NCBI RefSeq assembly: GCF_009914755.1
Contig: NC_060933.1
DNA: 64,000 nucleotides
From: the human T2T-CHM13v2.0 reference genome, Homo sapiens
Strand: one strand, 5' to 3'
The position numbers and the translations under genes are program-made. Position 1 is the first letter of the stretch. Every line of letters starts with the position of its first letter. Under the pieces are notes generated by a model that was not told where the DNA came from, did no database searches, and saw only the letters and a program-made list of their open reading frames with translations. Shown piece after piece: positions 1 to 14,200 of this stretch.

Positions 1-873
1 AATGGAATGGTATGGAATGGAATGGAATGGTACGGAATAGAATGGAATGGAAAGAATTGGAATGGAATGGAATCGAATGGAATGGAATGGAATGGAATGG
101 AATCAACCCGAGTGCAGGGGAATGTAATGGAACGCAATGTAATGGAATGGAATCATCCGGAATGGAATGGAATGGAATGGAATGGAATGGAATGGAATGG
201 AACCAACTCGATTGTGATGGAATGGAATGGAATGGAATGGAATGGAATGGAATGGAATTAACCCGAATACAACGGAATGGAATGGAATGGAACGGAATGG
301 AGTGGAATGGAATGGAATCAACCCGAGTGCAGGGGAATGGAATGGAATGGAATGCAATGGAACGGAATCATCCGGAATGGAATGGAATGGAATGGAATGC
401 AAAGCAATGGAATCAACTCGATTGCAATGGAATGGAATGGAATGGAAAGGAATACATTGGAATCAACCCGAGTGGAATGGAATGGAAAGGACTGGAATGG
501 AGTGGAATGGAATGGAATGGAATGGAATGGAATCAACTCGATTGGAATGGAATGGAATGGAATGGAATGGAATGGAATGGAATGGAATTAACCCGAATAG
601 AATGGAATGGAATGGAATGGAATGGAACGGAATGGAATGGAATGGAATGGAATGGAATGGAATGGAAACAACCCGACTGCAGGGGAATGGATTCAACCCA
701 AATGGAATGGAAAGCAATGGAATCAACCCGAGTGGAATGGCATGGAATGGAATGGAATGGAATGGAATGGAATGGAATGGAATGGAATGGTACGGAATAG
801 AATGGAATGGAACGAAATGGAATGGAATGGAATGGAATGGAATGGAATGGAAGTGAATGGAATGGAATGTAAT

Positions 874-3800
874 GAAACCGAGTGCAGGGGAATGGAATGG
901 AATGGAATGCAATGGAATGGAGTCATCCGGAATGGAACGGAATGGAATGGAATGGAATCAACCCGAGTGCAATGGAATGGAATGGAATGGAAAGGAATGG
1001 AATGGAATGGATTCAACCCGAATGGAATGGAAAGGAATGGAATCAACCCGAGAGGAATGGCATGGAATGGAATGGAATGGAATGGAGTGGAATGGTACGG
1101 AATAGAATGTAATGGAACGAAACGGAATGGAATGGAATGGAATGGAATGGAATCATTCCGAGTGGAATAGAAGGGAATGTTTTCGAGTGGAATGAAAAGG
1201 AATGGTATCAACCAGAGTGGAATGGAATGGAATCGAATGGAATGGAAAGGAATAGAATGGAATCAACCCGAGTGGAATGGAATGGAAAGGACTGGAATGG
1301 AATGGAATGGAATGCAATGGAATCAACTCGATTGCAATGAAATGGAATGGAATGGAATGGAATGGAATGGAATGGAATGGAATGGAATAGAATGGAAAGG
1401 AATCACTCCAAGTGCAGGGGAATTTAATGGAATGGAATGCAGTGGAATGGAATCATCCGGAATGGAATGGAATAGAATGGAATGGAACGGAATGGAATGG
1501 AATCAACTCGAATTCAATGGAATGGAAAGGAATGGAATGGAATGGAATGCAATGGAATCGTACGGAATAGAATGGAATGGAACGAAATGGAATGTAATGG
1601 AATGGACTGGAATGGAATGGAATGGAATGGAACGGAATGGAATGGAATGAACCCGCGTGCAATGGAATGGAACGGAATGGAATGGAATGGAATGGAATGG
1701 AATGGAATGGGTTCAACTCGAATGGAATGGAAAGGAATGGAATCAACACGAGTGGAATGGCATGGAATGGAATGGAATTGAATGAAATGGAATGGAATGG
1801 AATGGAATGAAATGTAATGGAATGGAAAGGAATGGAATCAACACGAGTGGAATGGCATGGAATGGAATGGAATTGAATGAAATGGAATGGAATGGAATGG
1901 AATGAAATGTAATGGAATGGAATGGAATGGAATCAACCCGAGTGCAATGTAATGGAATCGAATGGAATGGAATGGAATGGATTCAACCCGAATGGAATTA
2001 AAAGGAATGGAATATACCCGAGTGGAATGGCATGGAATGGAGTGGAATGGAATGGAATGGAATGGAATGGAATGGTACGGAATAGAATGGAATGTAACGA
2101 AATGGAATGTAAGGGAATGGAATGGAATGGAATGGAATGAACCCGTGTGCAATGGAATGGAATGGAATGGAATGGAATGGAATGGAATGGATTCAACTCT
2201 AATGGAATGGAAGGGAATGGAATCAACGCGAGTGGAATGGCATGGAATGGAATGGAATGGAATGGAATGGAAGTAAATGGAATGGAATGGAATGAACCCG
2301 AGTGCAGGGGAATGGAATGGAATGGAATGGAATGGAATGGAATGGAATTGAATGGAATGGAATGGAATGCAGTGGAATGGAATCAAACCTAGTGCAATTG
2401 AATGGAATGGAATGGAATGGAATGGAATGGAATGGAATGGATTCAACCCAAATGGAATGGAAAGCAATGGAATCAACCCGAGTGGAATGGCATGGAATGG
2501 AATGGAATGGAATGTAATGGAATGGAATGGAATGGAATGGAATGGTACGGAATAAAATGGAATGGAACGAAATGGAATGGAATGGAACGGAATAGAATGG
2601 AATCATTCCGAGTGGAATAGAAGGGAATGAATTCGAGTGGAATGGAAAGGAATGGAATCAACCAGAGTGGAATGGAAGGGAATGGAATGGAATGGAAACT
2701 AATAAAATGGAATCAACACGAGTGGAATGGAATGGAAAGGACTTGAATGGAATGGAATGGAATGGAATGGAATCAAGTCGATTGCAATGGAATGTAATGG
2801 AATGGAGTGGAATGGAATTAACGCGAATAGAATGGAATGGAATGGAATGGAATGGAATGGAATGGAATGGAATGGAATGGAATCAACCTGAGTGCAGGGG
2901 AATAGAATGCAATGGAATGCAATGGAATGGAATGGAATGGAATGGAATCAACGCGAGTGCAGGGGAATGGAATGTAATGGAATGCAATGGAATGGAATCT
3001 TCCGGAATGGAATGGAATGGAATGGAATCAACCCGAGTGCAATGGAATGGAGTGGAATGGAATGGAATGGAATTGAACAACCCGAATGCAATCGAATGTA
3101 ATGGAGAGTAAGGGAGTTGAATAGAATCAATCCGAATGTAATGGAATGGAATGGAACGGAATGGAATTGAATGGTATGGAATGGAATGCAATGGAATGGA
3201 ATCAACCCGAGTGCAATGGAATGGAGAGGAATGGAATGGAAACTACCCGAATGGAATGGAATGTAATGGAGTGTAAGGGAATTGAATAGAATCAATCCGA
3301 ATGTAATGGAATGGAATGGAACGGAATGGAATGGAATGGAATGGAATGGAATGGAATGGAATGGAATGGAATACAATGGAATGGAATCAACCCGAGTGCA
3401 ATCGAATGGAATCGAAAGTAATGGAATGCAATGGAATGGATTCAACTTGAATGGAATGGAAAGAATGGAATCAATACGAGTGGAATGGCATGGATTGGAA
3501 TGGAATGGAATGGAATCAACCCGAGTACAGGGGAATGGAATGGAATGGAATGCAATGGAATGGAATCATCCGTAATGTAATGGAAAGGAATGGAATGGAA
3601 TGGAATGGAATGGAATGGAATGGAATGGAATCAACTCGATTGCAGTCGAAAGGAATGGAATGGAATTAACCCAAATAGAATGGAATGGAATGGAATGGAA
3701 TGGAACGGAAAGGAATGGAATGGAATGGAATGGAATAGAATGGAATGGAACGGAACGGAATGGAACGGAATGGAATGGAATGGAATGGAATGGAATGGAA

Positions 3801-6800
3801 TGGAATGGAATCAACGCGAGTGCAGGGGAATGGAATGGAATGGAATGCAATGGAATGGAATCTTCCGGAATGGAATGGAATGGAATGGAATGGCATGAAA
3901 TGCAATGGATTCAACTCGATTGCAATGGAATGGAATAGAATGGAATGGAATGGAATGGAATGGAATTAACCCGAATAGAATGGAATGGAATGGAATGGAA
4001 CGGAATGGAACGGAACGGAATGGAACGGAATGGAATGGAATGGAATGGAATGGAATGGAATGGAATGGAATGGTATGGAGTGGAATGGAATGGAATCAAC
4101 ACGAGTGCAGTGTAATGGAATCGAATGGAATGGAATGGAATGGAATGGATTCAACACGAATGGAATGGAAAGAAATGGAATAAACCCGCGTGGAATGGCA
4201 TGGAATGGAGTGGAATGGAATGGAATGGAATGGAATGGAATCAACCCGAGTGCAATGTAATGGAATGGAATGGAATGGAATGGAATGGAATGGATTCAAC
4301 CCGAATGGAATGGAAAGGAATGGAATAATCCCGAGTGGAATGGCATGAAGTGGAGTGGAATGGAATGGAATGGAATGGAATGGTACGGAATAGAATGGAA
4401 TGGAACGAAATGGAATGGAATGGAATGGAATGGAATGAACCCGTGTGCAATGGAATGGAATCGAATGGAATGGAATGGATTGGAATGGATTCAACTCGAA
4501 TGGAATGGAAAGGAATGGAATCAACCCGAGTGGAATGGCATGGAATGGAATGGAATGGAATGGAATGGAATGGAATGGAATGGTACGGAATAGAATGGAA
4601 AGGAACGAAATGGAATGGAATGAAATGGAATGGAATGGAATGGAATGGAATGGAATGGAATGGAATGGAATGGAATCAACCCGAGTGCAGGGGAATGGAA
4701 TGGAATTGAAGGCAATGGAATGGAATCATCCGGAATTGAATGGAATGGAATGGAATCAACTCGATTGCAATGGAATGGAATGGAATGGAATGGAATGGAA
4801 TGGAATGGAATGGAATTAACCAGAATAGAATGGAATGGAATGGAATGGAAGTAAATGGAATGGAAGGTAATGAACCCGAGTGCAGGGGAATGGAATGGAA
4901 TGGAATGCAATGAAATGGAGTCATCCGGAATGGAACGGAAAGGAATGGAATGGAACCAACCCGTGTGCAATGGAATTGAAAGGAATGGAATTGAATGGAA
5001 TGGAATGGAATGGAATGGAATGGAATGGAATGGAATGGAATGGAATGGATTCAACCCGAATGGAATGGAAAGGAAGGGAATCAACCCAAGTGGAATGGCA
5101 TGGAATGGAATGGATTGGAATGGAATGGAATGGTACCGAATGGAATGGAATGGAATGGTACCGAATAGAATGGAATGGAACGAAATGGAACGGAATGGAA
5201 TGGAATGGAATGGAATGGAGTGAACACGTGTGCAATGGATTGGAATGGAATGGAATGGAATGGAATGGAATGGAATGGGTTCGACTCGAATGGAACGGAA
5301 TGTAATGAAATCAACCCGAGTGGAATGGCATGGAATGGAATGGAATGGAATGGAATGGAATGGAATGGAAACAACACGAGTGCAATGTAATGGAATCGAA
5401 TGGAATGGAATGCAATGGATTCAACCCGAATGGAATGGAAACGAATGGAATAAAACCGAGTGGAATGGCATGGAATGGAGTCTAATGGAATGGAATGGAA
5501 TGGAATGGTATGGAATAGAATGGAATGGAACGAAATGGAATGGAATGGAATGGAATGAAATGAACCCGTGTGCAATGGAATGGAATGGAATGGAATGGAA
5601 TGGAATGGATTCAACTCGAATGGAATGGAAAGGAATGGAATCAACCCGAGTGGAATGGCATGGAATGGAATGGAATGGAATGGAATTAACCCTAATAGAA
5701 TGGAATGGAATGGAATGGAATGGAATGGAATGGAATGGAAGGAAATGGAATGGAATGGAATGGAATGGAATGGAATGGAATGGAATGGAATGGTACGGAA
5801 TAGAATGGAATGGAACGAAATGGAATGGAATGGAATGGAATGGGATGGAATGGAATGGAATGGAATCAACCCGAGTGCAGGGGAATGGAATGGAATGGAA
5901 GGCAATGGAATGACATCATTCGGAATTGAATGGAATGGAATGGAATGGAATGGAATCAACTCGATTGGAATGGAATGGAATGGAATGGAATGGAATGGAA
6001 TGGAATGGAATGGAAGTGAATGGAATGGAATGTAATGAAACCGAGTGCAGGGGAATGGAATGGAATGGAATGCAATGGAATGGAGTCATCCGGAATGGAA
6101 CGGAATGGAATGGAATGGAATCAACCCGAGTGCAATGGAATGGAATGGAATGGAAAGGAATGGAATGGAATGGACTCAACCCGAATGGAATGGAAAGGAA
6201 TGGAATCAACCCGAGAGGAATGGCATGGAATGGAATGGAATGGAATGGAGTGGAATGGTACAGAATAGAATGTAATGGAACGAAATGGAATGGAATGGAA
6301 TGGAATGGAATGGAATCATTCCGAGTGGAATAGAAGGGAATGTTTTCGAGTGGAATGAAAAGGAATGGAATCAACCAGAGTGGAATGGAATGGAATCGAG
6401 TGGAATGGAATGCAATCGAATGGAATGGAAAGGAATAGAATGGAATCAACCCGAGTGGAATGGAATGGAAAGGACTGGAATGGAATGGAATGGAATGCAA
6501 TGGAATCAACTCGATTGCAATGAAATGGAATGGAATGGAATGGAATGGAATGGAATTAACCGGAATAGAATGGAATTGAATGGAATGGAAAGGAATGGAA
6601 TGGAATAGAATGGAATGGAATGGATTCAACTCGAATGGAATGGAAAGGAATGGAATCAACCCGAGTGGAATGGCATGGAACGGAATGGAATGGAATGGAA
6701 TGGAATGGAATTAACCCTAATAGAATGGAATGGAATGGAATGGAATGGAATGGAATGGAATGGAATGGAATGGAAGGAAATGGAATGGAATGGAATGGAA

Positions 6801-7081
6801 TGGAATGGAATGGAATGGAATGGAAGGAAATGGAATGGAATGGAATGGAATGGAATGGAATGGAAGGAAATGGAATGGAATGGAATGGAATGGAATGGAA
6901 TGGAATGGAAAGGAATGGAATGGAATGGAATGGAAGGAAATGGAATGGAATGGAATGGAATGGAATGGAATGGAATGGAATGGTACGGAATAGAATGGAA
7001 TGGAACGAAATGGAATGGAATGGAATGGAATGGAATGGAATGGAATGGAATGGAATGGAAGTGAATGGAATGGAATGTAAT
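874..7081 (+). repeat. Unit U1, long type L (~6.2 kb: core plus long module)
   Basis: Runs from the core-start GAAACCGAGTGC at 874 to that at 7082. Contains GGTACC x2, CACGTG, GTCTAA, GACATCATTCGG and TAACCCTAA x2. Confidence 0.85.
2994..3008. promoter_or_regulatory. Perfect three-unit heat-shock-element match (nGAAn-nTTCn-nGAAn); representative of ~29 copies
   Basis: The sequence gGAAt-cTTCc-gGAAt matches the HSF1 consensus exactly. Binding is inferred, not shown. Confidence 0.55.
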
Positions 7082-10000
7082 GAAACCGAGTGCAGGGGAA
7101 TGGAATGGAATGGAATGCAATGGAATGGAGTCATCCGGAATGGAACGGAATGGAATGGAATGGAATCAACCCGAGTGCAATGGAATGGAATGGAATGGAA
7201 AGGAATGGAATGGAATGGATTCAACCCGAATGGAATGGAAAGGAATGGAATCAACCCGAGAGGAATGGCATGGAATGGAATGGAATGGAATGGAGTGGAA
7301 TGGTACGGAATAGAATGTAATGGAACGAAACGGAATGGAATGGAATGGAATGGAATGGAATGGAATGGAATCATTCCGAGTGGAATAGAAGGGAATGTTT
7401 TCGAGTGGAATGAAAAGGAATGGTATCAACCAGAGTGGAATGGAATGGAATCGAATGGAATGGAAAGGAATAGAATGGAATCAACCCGAGTGGAATGGAA
7501 TGGAAAGGACTGGAATGGAATGGAATGGAATGCAATGGAATCAACACGATTGCAATGAAATGGAATGGAATGGAATGGAATGGAATGGAATGGAATGGAA
7601 TGGAATAGAATGGAAAGGAATCACTCCAAGTGCAGGGGAATTTAATGGAATGGAATGCAGTGGAATGGAATCATCCGGAATGGAATGGAATGGAATGGAA
7701 TGGAACGGAATGGAATGGAATCAACTCGAATTCAATGGAATGGAAAGGAATGGAATGGAATGGAATGCAATGGAATCGTACGGAATAGAATGGAATGGAA
7801 CGAAATGGAATGTAATGGAATGGAATGGAATGGAATGGAATGGAACGGAATGGAATGGAATGAACCCGCGTGCAATGGAATGGAACGGAATGGAATGGAA
7901 TGGAATGGAATGGAATGGAATGGGTTCAACTCGAATGGAATGGAAAGGAATGGAATCAACACGAGTGGAATGGCATGGAATGGAATGGAATTGAATGAAA
8001 TGGAATGGAATGGAATGGAATGAAATGTAATGGAATGGAAAGGAATGGAATCAACACGAGTGGAATGGCATGGAATGGAATGGAATTGAATGAAATGGAA
8101 TGGAATGGAATGGAATGAAATGTAATGGAATGGAATGGAATGGAATCAACCCGAGTGCAATGTAATGGAATCGAATGGAATGGAATGGAATGGATTCAAC
8201 CCGAATGGAATTAAAAGGAATGGAATATACCCGAGTGGAATGGCATGGAATGGAGTGGAATGGAATGGAATGGAATGGAATGGAATGGTACGGAATAGAA
8301 TGGAATGTAACGAAATGGAATGTAAGGGAATGGAATGGAATGGAATGGAATGAACCCGTGTGCAATGGAATGGAATGGAATGGAATGGAATGGAATGGAA
8401 TGGAATGGATTCAACTCTAATGGAATGGAAGGGAATGGAATCAACGCGAGTGGAATGGCATGGAATGGAATGGAATGGAATGGAATGGAAGTAAATGGAA
8501 TGGAATGGAATGAACCCGAGTGCAGGGGAATGGAATGGAATGGAATGGAATGGAATGGAATGGAATTGAATGGAATGGAATGGAATGCAGTGGAATGGAA
8601 TCAAACCTAGTGCAATTGAATGGAATGGAATGGAATGGAATGGAATGGAATGGAATGGAATGGATTCAACCCAAATGGAATGGAAAGCAATGGAATCAAC
8701 CCGAGTGGAATGGCATGGAATGGAATGGAATGGAATGTAATGGAATGGAATGGAATGGAATGGAATGGTACGGAATAAAATGGAATGGAACGAAATGGAA
8801 TGGAATGGAACGGAATAGAATGGAATCATTCCGAGTGGAATAGAAGGGAATGAATTCGAGTGGAATGGAAAGGAATGGAATCAACCAGAGTGGAATGGAA
8901 GGGAATGGAATGGAATGGAAACTAATAAAATGGAATCAACACGAGTGGAATGGAATGGAAAGGACTTGAATGGAATGGAATGGAATGGAATGGAATCAAG
9001 TCGATTGCAATGGAATGTAATGGAATGGAGTGGAATGGAATTAACGCGAATAGAATGGAATGGAATGGAATGGAATGGAATGGAATGGAATGGAATGGAA
9101 TCAACCTGAGTGCAGGGGAATGGAATGCAATGGAATGCAATGGAATGGAATGGAATGGAATGGAATCAACGCGAGTGCAGGGGAATGGAATGTAATGGAA
9201 TGCAATGGAATGGAATCTTCCGGAATGGAATGGAATGGAATGGAATCAACCCGAGTGCAATGGAATGGAGTGGAATGGAATGGAATGGAATTGAACAACA
9301 CGAATGCAATCGAATGTAATGGAGAGTAAGGGAGTTGAATAGAATCAATCCGAATGTAATGGAATGGAATGGAACGGAATGGAATTGAATGGTATGGAAT
9401 GGAATGCAATGGAATGGAATCAACCCGAGTGCAATGGAATGGAGAGGAATGGAGTGGAAACTACCCGAATGGAATGGAATGTAATGGAGTGTAAGGGAAT
9501 TGAATAGAATCAATCCGAATGTAATGGAATGGAATGGAACGGAATGGAATGGAATGGAATGGAATGGAATACAATGGAATGGAATCAACCCGAGTGCAAT
9601 CGAATGGAATCGAATGTAATGGAATGCAATGGAATGGATTCAACTTGAATGGAATGGAAAGAATGGAATCAATACGAGTGGAATGGCATGGATTGGAATG
9701 GAATGGAATGGAATCAACCCGAGTACAGGGGAATGGAATGGAATGGAATGCAATGGAATGGAATCATCCGTAATGTAATGGAAAGGAATGGAATGGAATG
9801 GAATGGAATGGAATGGAATGGAATGGAATGGAATCAACTCGATTGCAGTCGAATGGAATGGAATGGAATTAACCCAAATAGAATGGAATGGAATGGAATG
9901 GAATGGAACGGAAAGGAATGGAATGGAATGGAATGGAATAGAATGGAATGGAACGGAACGGAATGGAACGGAATGGAATGGAATGGAATGGAATGGAATG

Positions 10001-11269
10001 GAATGGAATGGAATCAACGCGAGTGCAGGGGAATGGAATGGAATGGAATGCAATGGAATGGAATCTTCCGGAATGGAATGGAATGGAATGGAATGGCATG
10101 AAATGCAATGGATTCAACTCGATTGCAATGGAATGGAATGGAATGGAATGGAATGGAATGGAATGGAATGGAATGGAATGGAATCAACGCGAGTGCAGGG
10201 GAATGGAATGGAATGGAATGCAGTGGAATGGAATCTTCCGGAATGGAATGGAATGGAATGCAATGGATTCAACTCGATTGCAATGGAATGGAATAGAATG
10301 GAATGGAATGGAATGGAATGGAATTAACCCGAATAAAATGGAATGGAATGGAATGGAACGGAACGGAACGGAACGGAACGGAATGGAATGGAATGGAATG
10401 GAATGGAATGGTATGGAATGGAATGGAATGGTACGGAATAGAATGGAATGGAAAGAATTGGAATGGAATGGAATCGAATGGAATGGAATGGAATGGAATG
10501 GAATCAACCCGAGTGCAGGGGAATGTAATGGAACGCAATGTAATGGAATGGAATCATCCGGAATGGAATGGAATGGAATGGAATGGAATGGAATGGAATG
10601 GAACCAACTCGATTGTGATGGAATGGAATGGAATGGAATGGAATGGAATGGAATGGAATTAACCCGAATACAACGGAATGGAATGGAATGGAACGGAATG
10701 GAGTGGAATGGAATGGAATCAACCCGAGTGCAGGGGAATGGAATGGAATGGAATGCAATGGAACGGAATCATCCGGAATGGAATGGAATGGAATGGAATG
10801 CAAAGCAATGGAATCAACTCGATTGCAATGGAATGGAATGGAATGGAAAGGAATACATTGGAATCAACCCGAGTGGAATGGAATGGAAAGGACTGGAATG
10901 GAGTGGAATGGAATGGAATGGAATGGAATGGAATCAACTCGATTGGAATGGAATGGAATGGAATGGAATGGAATGGAATGGAATGGAATTAACCCGAATA
11001 GAATGGAATGGAATGGAATGGAATGGAACGGAATGGAATGGAATGGAATGGAATGGAATGGAATGGAAACAACCCGACTGCAGGGGAATGGATTCAACCC
11101 AAATGGAATGGAAAGCAATGGAATCAACCCGAGTGGAATGGCATGGAATGGAATGGAATGGAATGGAATGGAATGGAATGGAATGGTACGGAATAGAATG
11201 GAATGGAACGAAATGGAATGGAATGGAATGGAATGGAATGGAATGGAAGTGAATGGAATGGAATGTAAT
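7082..11269 (+). repeat. Unit U2, short type S (~4.19 kb: core plus short module)
   Basis: The core is followed by a module with AAAGAATTGG, AACCAACTCGATTGTG, AATACATTGG and AAACAACCCGACTGC, the same module as at 1-700. Confidence 0.85.
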
Positions 11270-14200
11270 GAAACCGAGTGCAGGGGAATGGAATGGAATG
11301 GAATGCAATGGAATGGAGTCATCCGGAATGGAACGGAATGGAATGGAATGGAATCAACCCGAGTGCAATGGAATGGAATGGAATGGAAAGGAATGGAATG
11401 GAATGGATTCAACCCGAATGGAATGGAAAGGAATGGAATCAACCCGAGAGGAATGGCATGGAATGGAATGGAATGGAATGGAGTGGAATGGTACGGAATA
11501 GAATGTAATGGAACGAAACGGAATGGAATGGAATGGAATGGAATGGAATCATTCCGAGTGGAATAGAAGGGAATGTTTTCGAGTGGAATGAAAAGGAATG
11601 GTATCAACCAGAGTGGAATGGAATGGAATCGAATGGAATGGAAAGGAATAGAATGGAATCAACCCGAGTGGAATGGAATGGAAAGGACTGGAATGGAATG
11701 GAATGGAATGCAATGGAATCAACTCGATTGCAATGAAATGGAATGGAATGGAATGGAATGGAATGGAATGGAATGGAATGGAATGGAATGGAATGGAATA
11801 GAATGGAAAGGAATCACTCCAAGTGCAGGGGAATTTAATGGAATGGAATGCAGTGGAATGGAATCATCCGGAATGGAATGGAATGGAATGGAATGGAACG
11901 GAATGGAATGGAATCAACTCGAATTCAATGGAATGGAAAGGAATGGAATGGAATGGAATGCAATGGAATCGTACGGAATAGAATGGAATGGAACGAAATG
12001 GAATGTAATGGAATGGACTGGAATGGAATGGAATGGAATGGAACGGAATGGAATGGAATGAACCCGCGTGCAATGGAATGGAACGGAATGGAATGGAATG
12101 GAATGGAATGGAATGGAATGGGTTCAACTCGAATGGAATGGAAAGGAATGGAATCAACACGAGTGGAATGGCATGGAATGGAATGGAATTGAATGAAATG
12201 GAATGGAATGGAATGGAATGAAATGTAATGGAATGGAAAGGAATGGAATCAACACGAGTGGAATGGCATGGAATGGAATGGAATTGAATGAAATGGAATG
12301 GAATGGAATGGAATGAAATGTAATGGAATGGAATGGAATGGAATCAACCCGAGTGCAATGTAATGGAATCGAATGGAATGGAATGGAATGGATTCAACCC
12401 GAATGGAATTAAAAGGAATGGAATATACCCGAGTGGAATGGCATGGAATGGAGTGGAATGGAATGGAATGGAATGGAATGGAATGGAATGGTACGGAATA
12501 GAATGGAATGTAACGAAATGGAATGTAAGGGAATGGAATGGAATGGAATGGAATGAACCCGTGTGCAATGGAATGGAATGGAATGGAATGGAATGGAATG
12601 GAATGGAATGGATTCAACTCTAATGGAATGGAAGGGAATGGAATCAACGCGAGTGGAATGGCATGGAATGGAATGGAATGGAATGGAATGGAAGTAAATG
12701 GAATGGAATGGAATGAACCCGAGTGCAGGGGAATGGAATGGAATGGAATGGAATGGAATGGAATGGAATTGAATGGAATGGAATGGAATGCAGTGGAATG
12801 GAATCAAACCTAGTGCAATTGAATGGAATGGAATGGAATGGAATGGAATGGAATGGAATGGATTCAACCCAAATGGAATGGAAAGCAATGGAATCAACCC
12901 GAGTGGAATGGCATGGAATGGAATGGAATGGAATGTAATGGAATGGAATGGAATGGAATGGAATGGTACGGAATAAAATGGAATGGAACGAAATGGAATG
13001 GAATGGAACGGAATAGAATGGAATCATTCCGAGTGGAATAGAAGGGAATGAATTCGAGTGGAATGGAAAGGAATGGAATCAACCAGAGTGGAATGGAAGG
13101 GAATGGAATGGAATGGAAACTAATAAAATGGAATCAACACGAGTGGAATGGAATGGAAAGGACTTGAATGGAATGGAATGGAATGGAATGGAATCAAGTC
13201 GATTGCAATGGAATGTAATGGAATGGAGTGGAATGGAATTAACGCGAATAGAATGGAATGGAATGGAATGGAATGGAATGGAATGGAATGGAATGGAATG
13301 GAATCAACCTGAGTGCAGGGGAATAGAATGCAATGGAATGCAATGGAATGGAATGGAATGGAATGGAATCAACGCGAGTGCAGGGGAATGGAATGTAATG
13401 GAATGCAATGGAATGGAATCTTCCGGAATGGAATGGAATGGAATGGAATCAACCCGAGTGCAATGGAATGGAGTGGAATGGAATGGAATGGAATTGAACA
13501 ACCCGAATGCAATCGAATGTAATGGAGAGTAAGGGAGTTGAATAGAATCAATCCGAATGTAATGGAATGGAATGGAACGGAATGGAATTGAATGGTATGG
13601 AATGGAATGCAATGGAATGGAATCAACCCGAGTGCAATGGAATGGAGAGGAATGGAATGGAAACTACCCGAATGGAATGGAATGTAATGGAGTGTAAGGG
13701 AATTGAATAGAATCAATCCGAATGTAATGGAATGGAATGGAACGGAATGGAATGGAATGGAATGGAATGGAATGGAATGGAATGGAATGGAATACAATGG
13801 AATGGAATCAACCCGAGTGCAATCGAATGGAATCGAAAGTAATGGAATGCAATGGAATGGATTCAACTTGAATGGAATGGAAAGAATGGAATCAATACGA
13901 GTGGAATGGCATGGATTGGAATGGAATGGAATGGAATCAACCCGAGTACAGGGGAATGGAATGGAATGGAATGCAATGGAATGGAATCATCCGTAATGTA
14001 ATGGAAAGGAATGGAATGGAATGGAATGGAATGGAATGGAATGGAATGGAATCAACTCGATTGCAGTCGAATGGAATGGAATGGAATTAACCCAAATAGA
14101 ATGGAATGGAATGGAATGGAATGGAACGGAAAGGAATGGAATGGAATGGAATGGAATAGAATGGAATGGAACGGAACGGAATGGAACGGAATGGAATGGA

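Noticed and set aside
113-125. G-quadruplex potential from recurring GCAGGGG
   Set aside because: The G4 runs are isolated and hundreds of bp apart. The intervening GG doublets are known to favour G-A hairpins instead.
7082-11269. U2 as a U4/U5 crossover product with a breakpoint at ~8.2-8.8 kb
   Set aside because: The markers fit, but U2 carries the shared (likely ancestral) state at each of them, so a crossover is not required.
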